Shown here: positions 61,001 through 64,000 of the stretch, in pieces
Numbering within the stretch: position 1 is the stretch's first letter
Layout of the letters: every line of letters begins with the position of its first letter
Origin: Minisyncoccia bacterium
GTDB lineage: Bacteria > Patescibacteriota > Minisyncoccia > Phycocordibacterales > UBA9973
Assembly: GCA_049287045.1 (NCBI GenBank)
Contig: JBAQFC010000001.1
Location: 67,309 to 131,308 of the forward strand
DNA: 64,000 bases
Reading direction: 5' to 3'
Notes under the pieces: generated by a model
What the model saw: the letters and a program-made list of their open reading frames with translations, nothing else
Database searches by the model: none
Told to the model about the DNA's origin: nothing
Translations under genes and position numbers: made by a program

Positions 61001-61602
61001 CTCAAATTTATGCAGGAGGAAATTCATTCTTTAATTCGTCAGGTAACCTTGGTGTTGGTATTACTGCTCCAACTGATAAATTGAGTGTTGTTGGTAATAT
61101 TAGAACAACAGGTTGTTTATATTATGCGTCTTCATCATTAGGTACTTGTGCATCTGATAAACAAATTAAAAAAGATATTCATCCATACAATCTTGGTCTT
61201 AATGCTTTACTCGGTATTAATCCTGTGCAGTTTAAATACAATGGTCTAGGTGGTTTCCAAGATGATGGTAGTACACAACTCGGAGTTGTTGCCCAAGATA
61301 TTGAAAAAACAACACCTGATTTGGTTAAAAGCTTAATGGTCCAACTTCATAAGGATGATAAAAATCAAACAGAGATAAAGTCGGTTGATTACGGTGCTTT
61401 CACTTATGTTATTATTAATTCTATTAAAGAATTTTATGTTAAGTTTACAAATGAAGTAGCAAGTATCTCTGATAAACTTGTTGCGATAGTTAATCGTATC
61501 AATGGTCACGATATAAAAATTAAAGAACTTGAGAAACAAAACAATGATCTTAAATCTCTAGTTTGTATAGATCATCCAACAGCAGCAATCTGTAAAAAAT
61601 AA
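49042..61602 (+). CDS. Giant (4186 aa) secreted fibrous repeat protein with a C-terminal peptidase-S74-type intramolecular chaperone/auto-processing domain (phage tail-fibre or endosialidase type)
   Basis: N-terminal signal/TM. More than 40 copies of a module ending ...GNVGIGTT(A/N)P...KL(D/E)V. Two copies of a 140-aa jelly-roll-like domain (DYAWYV...GDVLA..YDG.N..YL.NGV). The C-terminus, ASDKQIKKDI.PYNLGLNALLGINPVQFKY...LGVVAQDIEKTTPDLV...VDYGAFTYVIINSIKEF....E...L, matches the S74 intramolecular chaperone autocleavage domain. Confidence 0.85.
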   Translation: MKKIIKKINLSRFNLFLVVLLLGVVSFSFVKLVFASTPDTTKPNPGQAWNEIGNGSFQISGPTGGPTVPKTFIFPDVDNTYVITAPTPVGTTGQVLTSTGALGQQSWATPTFGNVNGTGTTNFITKWNDAVGTLVNSLIFDNGTNVGIGTTAPATPFQVGQSGTNKNSRFWGNIDVNGGGSLTFGSGDSSIGYPSGYNLAFNTYNGSLTEKMRITSVGNVGIGTTNPSMSLDVKGSGAGHVIMGSWASNGAYGVLSLNGLNDTGSNFYSAAGGPLYINRPTGQGLYFRENNADQMTILNGGNVGIGTVTPGAKLDVENLSAGINEGIRLSHANAYDAGSKISWWMDNASESANIKSAWYPTPTSKSYIALSTYGPSLLERMRINGDGNVGIGSTAPNEKLDVKSGNISISDSAGNERGRFWSTDTGGSPYETGLQTSNYHLVLDASGSGQNNIIMRTGSSTVGTGTEKLRITGAGLVGIGTSAPAQLLQVGSATSTANQYSRIDSAAAYDAGLELASAGASKWTIYRPGGTNDLRFYDATATAGDRLTIKASTGNVGIGTTAPTAKLELGGTSGVDGLKFPDGTLQVTGASSGVKLLSSGTGLTINGNSVTRTAVNAWDAEVYSQDGYSGGAYASYVVRNLTGVYYMVGLNTDPTLNPSYTSIDYAWYVLNSTSASIYESGTNIAPAITTIAVGDVLAVTYDGSNIRYLQNGVVKRTVPVIITLPLYLDSSFHSGAATPDISNIQFGPMSTGSQWAANGTSIYYNGGNVGIGVTAPSNKLEISGGDLMVNGAGASKSLYLNYDKTSFPNYASSLTQTGAADVSGTRGLVINANSGQAVTNYGIGFAIDGANKMFLQGSSGNVGIGTTAPTSKLEVSAGNIQMSDGYPVTWGDTVTPRGQIVTFSASPDRGLRYTAQPGGVGWFGVHDFYAADGVAGTTPTLAMRIKDGKVGIGTSAPVGKLNVVAASSNVSQSGQAIGFGSTAVPSGVTMGWNDNNYGWLQSWSSTPLYVNALGNDVIFNRDSGKVGIGNTAPSEKLDVTGNVEFSGALMPNNLPGSSGQFLTSGGAGVAPTWIAGVTGSGTTNYVTKWTPNGTTLGNSLIFDNGTNVGIGTTTPGAQLEVKGNGTAKILIGDMSYSNYAGISLTGLTTAGNYTLLTRAADPDLYINRPSGYAMQFSEANGVPQMFIKTGGNVGIGTTVPTQKLTVNGAITQGTNGASWTLDTSVVANDWTMIGSSDSVTQRYLHFGYRAADAIGGAYTDSAKINFYTGGAILGINGGKVGVGVALPTAKFQVGTSSSSAGVDVSVIGSFGGSVVGSAYPLTVSNTAAITVGNKALMTYVMGPAWSSTAYAGAYLENVDASTSYVIGTYRPSDSLAERMRVTSNGNVGIGNTAPLNKLTVTASTMPTGQGAFSASNTSTSGTQYGLAGTATGASTTNVAGYFSASGATNNYGLIVNSGLVGIGTQTPSFPLEIVKAAPLGTQLALTQSAGNTTGLLAWTGGSFYIQTGSKYDSSAAWVSTNGTTVGNQGYSYFGQDGSVSLGMVSSALTGTTISSWRTSPFQLTAAGNLGLGGITPTVALEVLGSTTNSSVKVRGIEIQGYAVNNEWIGENIYYSGGWKYRANGFGNQIYFGGSATGDISFYTAPNNVGGAGAAATLTNRFTITPGGSIGIGTTNPGAALEVNGQVKITGGTPGAGEVLTSDAVGLATWVLPVASVTGTGTQNYVTKWNNAGGTAIGNSLVFDNGTNVGIGTTAPGYKLDVSTTGPGGMHVATNTSTAANPSFYLTDAAASYSDFEIYSDATNVKLGPYLDKGIQFVGNAGTETKMTIDSSGNVGIGTTAATLLDVKGASPIIQVQDNAAGYAITRYRAGGSGVSDAYFGVDAGVVGLITGGGGIPYAAVISRQGAYPVQFGTNNLARMTISSAGLVGIGLTNPTAPLEINDSTWTTASVRPTVLKLGSYTDAANEGPFIDFTSRWTGLYQDWVVGRIGGVYDNSVANGGALVFYTNYGVGAASATVKEQMRINPLGNVGIGTSLPDVLGLAAGHTSLTLAGATGDFYANFELQGHRGVGGNQVGTISFFQDTTRTALISVNNGVSALDESSMTFFTKTTGVAMGERMRIDKAGNVGIRNTAPLELLSLGTAGTTAGILSFAGATSGKAILQATAAAGTPTLNLPTTSGTLALTSDVPGTIYDSTWQRIVNPGGAYYSSTGSLGTGAIAINLPVGMGNQMISMTIKVYEYATNESFEIHAGGYMYTSGNTWANNPFAYIVGNPGVDRRFTVRFGYTAGGKAVVYIGETGSTWAYPQVAVTDVFVGFQGQSVALTTGWSVGFATAFENVTATVTNTQVGYALSTNTANTTVLRDASGNFAAGVITANLSGYKNIDNGNEITIANGFAGGALYLNYRGASSAITSLNIMNGMSGGVYANVQALAFVKSGGTAAQFLKADGSVDSNVYMTSGSQWTTSGTNLYDSLAGNVGIGSTNPVNKLEVASSTMPTGQGIITASNTSTAGTQYGIAGTATGASTTNVAGYFSASGATNNYGLIVNGGLVGIGTQTPTYPLSIVSSTAGKAYGDLEIQDTGTDGPYLTFHDPGSMAWSMGVTNSTQNLSIRQNNITGTAAMTILNTSGNVGVGVSPSEKLDVYGNAIFGSNAANSYIGIRRPDGSVTATFKIATDTAGLLIKQGGGGSYIDFSTNATTNAVRIIDNGYVGIGTTAPTNNLHVLGVGPGHLIRSETTAATGDGYSGIQLTAGSRSGYLFVANQTGTSYGGDGGLNMYSSNGPLLFWPGAVEKMRILANGNVGIGVTAPPVKLSVGAVTSGYGMIGVKQTSPLNYNGIWVESSTNSKSVTIGHTGVYGSIGTNYATGGDAPYSNLVLNEGGGNVGIRNTAPLELLSIGTSGTTAGVLSLAGATSGKAIINVLAAAGTPTLTLPTTTGTLALLTDMPANISLVTTGGATVNGNDVTNGGAGSWTSDVYSKDGFVGGAYVSAVVDSIATSYMIALNTDPTLNNSYTSLDYAWYVTSSSNGYIYESGVNPQTGITLAVGDVLAIVYDGTNVKYLRNGVVQRTVAAVITAPLYFDSSFGTVSPTSTFSHIQIGSMSVGSQWAANGTSIYYNGGYVGIGTSTPDAPLHAKGGTAMSSGWNRTATLEATFPGLIFNSNNTKWGGIVYDYSSNMIIRVGATSNDIMGTGVSALSFNATTGAASFGSTITSGLINGQTISSAANFTGTLAAATSVNTNNFIVNTGTGYGLCFWSSCANWNISMGNTAEYHYGPVTDYAIKTSMDSVAGRGWTWGTVGVIPVAALSNTGVMQIAGTMTASSLIKSGGTAAQFLKADGSVDSSTYITASALSGYVTSAAPSFSGSLKRTAPGTGYLDGNGVEVPSVNTGVIYSANPSPVGGNAPTATSLNTMIGMGFTTGNIAGISATYAGTAAHWGQYVVANQTGIVFLDATDGNIYNTGGMVNGQTITSAANFTGSLTVAGNTTLGGTSNFTVNSARSSGMFLKADTIDSQASGDPLELQYGIPGDVVVFGTDSNLQVQGTGTSAFAGVVTVSGLTLNTNRVNMTSGTNLHLDPFSTGAVYLAYYTGTGGTVFGNGANGASGANVSSTGVVTGTNFSGPGTGLTGTAASLTTGYISSPDGDRVAGNKLPTTTPQAVRFDFSTAASAGMPGGNYAGVMTYAVWTGTTASTGDASYQLAFGSTAANGGGTPVLNIRKGIDSTWNSWYNIITSANIASQAVGTATNATNASTILSTTDSTTNSLIPVLFGGSWMTTGQVNVKNNPYLYYNPSTSTFYTPNEEIGTSSMTSLNVTSDYLGNNKRMFATADSWLRFNGSNDFTSGIYAGTGIFRTDGNLQVGSGGASFNVTAAGAVTVLGGIALNTNGASGVGLKLGATGSEASIISNSSTGHLDITPRSGYNAIFTAGKVTMGSTSSPASNSTLNVFTPAATGGGVRIDKISGYQTVFLGDGGSATSHGVLQLYTSGTMSTQIYAGGNSFFNSSGNLGVGITAPTDKLSVVGNIRTTGCLYYASSSLGTCASDKQIKKDIHPYNLGLNALLGINPVQFKYNGLGGFQDDGSTQLGVVAQDIEKTTPDLVKSLMVQLHKDDKNQTEIKSVDYGAFTYVIINSIKEFYVKFTNEVASISDKLVAIVNRINGHDIKIKELEKQNNDLKSLVCIDHPTAAICKK

Positions 61603-61630
61603 TCTAAAATTAAAAAATACTATTAAAAAT

Positions 61631-61665
61631 AGGCTAGATTCTGAAAAGAATCTAGCCTATTTTAT
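61631..61665 (+). terminator. Rho-independent terminator of the giant gene
   Basis: AGGCTAGATTC-TGAAAA-GAATCTAGCCT followed by ATTTTATTT. Confidence 0.75.
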
Positions 61666-61694
61666 TTGACAAAATCATAAAATATTGCTATTAT
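61666..61694 (+). promoter_or_regulatory. Sigma70 promoter TTGACA-17-TATTAT
   Basis: TTGACA at 61666-61671 and TATTAT at 61689-61694. The extended sequence is nearly identical to the promoter at 20283. Confidence 0.55.
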
Positions 61695-61752
61695 TTAGGT
61701 AATTAAATTTTCTTTTACAAAAAAATAACTAACCCTAAAAAACTCAGAAACG

Positions 61753-63675
61753 ATGAAAACTAAAAGAATGTTACTCGTAGTTGCTTTCGCAACTCTAAAT
61801 TTTCAATTTTTAAACACATTAAAAGCTCAAGTTAGTTTTTCTTCTCCTGCAACTTTTGCAGTAGGAGGTCAACCTTTTTCACCCGTTAGCGCAGATTTTA
61901 ATGGAGACGGTAATCTTGATTTAGCTGCAACTAATAATAATAGCAATGATGTTCAAATATTACTAGGTAATGGTACAGGTGGATTCGGTGCTGCTTCTAG
62001 TTTTATTATTTCTTCTTATTCTGTTTCAATCACAAGTGCAGATTTCAATGGAGACGGCAAGGCTGATTTAGCGACTGCTAATCAAGGTTCAAATAGTGTT
62101 TCTGTTTTATTCGGTAATGGTTTAGGTGGTTTTGATACTGCTACTAATTTTACTGTTGGTAGCGGACCTATTTGGATTATTAATACAGATCTCAATGGAG
62201 ACGGTAAAGTTGACTTAGTAATAGTTAACCAAAATTCAAACAATGTTTCCGTGTTAATGAATGATAGTACAGGTGGATTTGGTATTGCTACTAATTTTTT
62301 GGTAGGTTCCAATCCATATTCAGTCACAAGTGCAGATTTCAATGGAGACGGCAAAGCTGATTTAGCGACTGTTAATCAAGGAGCAAACAATGTATCAATT
62401 TTGTTAGGTGATAGTACAGGTGGATTTGGTATTGCTACTAATTTTTCAGTAGGCACTTCTCCTATGGGGATTACTAGTGCGGACTTTAACGGAGATGGAA
62501 AAATTGATTTAGTAACAGCTAATTCAAATAATAATAATGTTTCTATCTTATTAGGTACTGGGTCAGGTAGTTTTAGTTCTGCTATTAATTTTTTAGTTGG
62601 TACTACTCCTTTTTCAATTTCAAATGCGGACTTTAACGGAGATGGAAAAATTGATTTAGTTACTGCCAACCAAGGTTCGAATGATGTCTCAATATTACTA
62701 GGTAATGGTACAGGTAGTTTTGGTACTACTAATAACTTTTCAGCATGTAGTAGTCCTCGTTCAGTTATTTGTGCAGATTTCAATGGAGATGGAAATATAG
62801 ATTTGTCTGTAGGAACTCAGTATTCTAATAATATTTCTATATTGTTTAATACCTCTCTTCCAACTAGTGCTCCAATCTGTTTAATTACCGTAGACCCAAC
62901 AAACACTCACAATGTAATTGTTTGGGAAAAAAGTAGTTTGAATTTAGCACCGATTGATAGCTTCATTGTTTACCGTGAAATTTCTACTAACGATTATCAG
63001 CAAATAGGAGCTGTATCAAAGGATTCTTTAAGTGTTTTTAATGATATTGTAAATCCGTCAACGACGGGTTATCGATACAAATTAAAAGTAAAGAACACCT
63101 CGGGTATCAGTTCCAATTTCAGCAGTTATCATAATACTATTTATCTCACCAATATCGGCCCCAACTTCAGTTGGACACCGTATCAGGTAGAGAACAATAC
63201 GACACCGGTAGCCAATTACAATGTCTACCGAGATGATAGCTTATCTGGAGTTTTCAATCTGATAGGGAACACGACCGGTAACCAGTTTGGTTATACTGAT
63301 GTAAATTTTTCTTCTTTCCCGTATGCGCAGTATTATGTAGAAGCTGTGATGGTATCTGGATCTTGTTTTCCGACCAGATCAGGTTTCGGTACTGCCCGTA
63401 GTAATATCAAAGGTTTTGGAATTACTGGATTGCAGGAATTACCTTTTGCGAAAGTAAAAGTGTACCCGAATCCCACCAGAGATATTTTAAATATCGAAGG
63501 TATTACCGACAAAACTATACTGCATTTATATGATGTAGTAGGGAAGTTAGTAATGGAGAAAGAAGTAGAAAACAACACTACGATAAACACAAGTGAACTC
63601 GTAGATGGGATCTATACACTTTCAACAGAAACTAAAGGGGGTAGAATATTTAATAAAATAGTGGTAAACCACTAA
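61753..63675 (+). CDS. Secreted FG-GAP/VCBS-repeat protein with an Ig/FN3-like region and a T9SS-type C-terminal sorting domain (Por_Secre_tail-like)
   Basis: Signal peptide; at least 9 repeats of ADFNGDGK.DL..AN.GSN.VS.LLG (FG-GAP). The C-terminal 80 aa, KVYPNPTRDILNIEG....LHLYDVVGKLVMEKEV......NTSELVDGIYTLS.ETKGGRIFNKIVV, matches the CTD pattern. Confidence 0.75.
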   Translation: MKTKRMLLVVAFATLNFQFLNTLKAQVSFSSPATFAVGGQPFSPVSADFNGDGNLDLAATNNNSNDVQILLGNGTGGFGAASSFIISSYSVSITSADFNGDGKADLATANQGSNSVSVLFGNGLGGFDTATNFTVGSGPIWIINTDLNGDGKVDLVIVNQNSNNVSVLMNDSTGGFGIATNFLVGSNPYSVTSADFNGDGKADLATVNQGANNVSILLGDSTGGFGIATNFSVGTSPMGITSADFNGDGKIDLVTANSNNNNVSILLGTGSGSFSSAINFLVGTTPFSISNADFNGDGKIDLVTANQGSNDVSILLGNGTGSFGTTNNFSACSSPRSVICADFNGDGNIDLSVGTQYSNNISILFNTSLPTSAPICLITVDPTNTHNVIVWEKSSLNLAPIDSFIVYREISTNDYQQIGAVSKDSLSVFNDIVNPSTTGYRYKLKVKNTSGISSNFSSYHNTIYLTNIGPNFSWTPYQVENNTTPVANYNVYRDDSLSGVFNLIGNTTGNQFGYTDVNFSSFPYAQYYVEAVMVSGSCFPTRSGFGTARSNIKGFGITGLQELPFAKVKVYPNPTRDILNIEGITDKTILHLYDVVGKLVMEKEVENNTTINTSELVDGIYTLSTETKGGRIFNKIVVNH

Positions 63676-63679
63676 ATCT

Positions 63680-63801
63680 CCCAGCCAGCGCCTAAGGCGC
63701 TGGCTAAACAATACTAATCCCTTAAACTTAAAAAAGTTTAAGGGATTTTTTATTTCATCTTTACAGCCAGTGCTTTAGACTCTGGCCGGCGCTGGCTGGG
63801 G
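63680..63801. repeat. Cluster of REP-like hairpins between the FG-GAP gene and the second transposase, including one canonical terminator
   Basis: Hairpin AGCCAGCGCC-TAA-GGCGCTGGCT (63683-63705); terminator TCCCTTAAACTT-AAAA-AAGTTTAAGGGA followed by TTTTTT (63716-63752); GCCAG-N11-CTGGC (63766-63786); and GGCGCTGGCTGGG (63788-63800), which is complementary to 63680-63692. Confidence 0.65.
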
Positions 63802-63829
63802 ATATTTAGCATTATGATATAATTATTTT

Positions 63830-64000
63830 GTGAGAAAACAACCTCTTATAACAGGAGAATATTATCACATATATAATCGCGGCGTGGATAAACGTGATAT
63901 TTTTAACGATAAAAATGATGTTTATCGTTTTATTGAAAGTATGTCTGAGTTTAATCAAATTGATACGATAGGAAGTATAAGAGATAAAAGAAAGAATAAT
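63830..64000 (+). CDS. N-terminal part of a second IS200-like/RAYT-type Y1 transposase (GTG start). It runs off the window.
   Basis: The translation ...GEYYHIYNRGVDKRDIFNDKNDVYRFIE... parallels the N-terminus of the 22397-23065 transposase (GEYYHIYNRGNSKQRIFQDKQDYNYFIS). Confidence 0.6.
   Translation, partial: MRKQPLITGEYYHIYNRGVDKRDIFNDKNDVYRFIESMSEFNQIDTIGSIRDKRKNN

Overview
This 64 kb window is low-GC and gene-dense. It shows canonical sigma70 promoters (TTGACA-17-TATAAT) and Shine-Dalgarno sites, which argue against Bacteroidetes despite one T9SS-type C-terminal domain. The overall style (compact genes, split transketolase, fused enolase-pyruvate kinase, type IV pilus genes and one giant repeat protein) suggests a small-genome, possibly Patescibacteria/CPR-like bacterium; that placement is inference only.

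Contents from left to right:
- Housekeeping: pyrG, a minus-strand tRNA(Gln-CUG), a Nudix hydrolase, small DUF proteins, a CDF transporter and mltG.
- Glycerate-to-pyruvate operon: 2-hydroxyacid dehydrogenase, glycerate 2-kinase and a fused enolase-pyruvate kinase, followed by hpf.
- Minus-strand block: fmt, def, hisS, lepB, then pth on the plus strand.
- An SF2 helicase fused to a sigma70 region-4 HTH.
- An IS200/RAYT-like tyrosine transposase flanked by inverted REP-type hairpins, sitting next to a 120 bp duplicated dnaE 3' end. A hypothetical 342 aa gene lies inside the inserted segment, then dnaE itself.
- rsmE and a gap-rpiB-rpe-tktN-tktC pentose-phosphate operon.
- Three small coiled-coil proteins, a PfkB sugar kinase and a lamin-tail-domain surface protein.
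- A type IV pilus locus: pilM/N-like, pilO-like, two tandem pilin paralogues, pilB, pilC, a glycine-rich pilin-like protein and a minor pilin.
- A hicBA toxin-antitoxin pair.
- A 4186 aa secreted repeat protein with a phage-tail-fibre-type C-terminal S74 intramolecular-chaperone domain.
- An FG-GAP protein with a T9SS-type C-terminal domain, then the start of a second RAYT-like transposase.

Several small palindromic repeat families are present, and a 48 nt hairpin-containing leader motif is shared by two secreted-protein loci. No rRNA genes or CRISPR arrays were seen.
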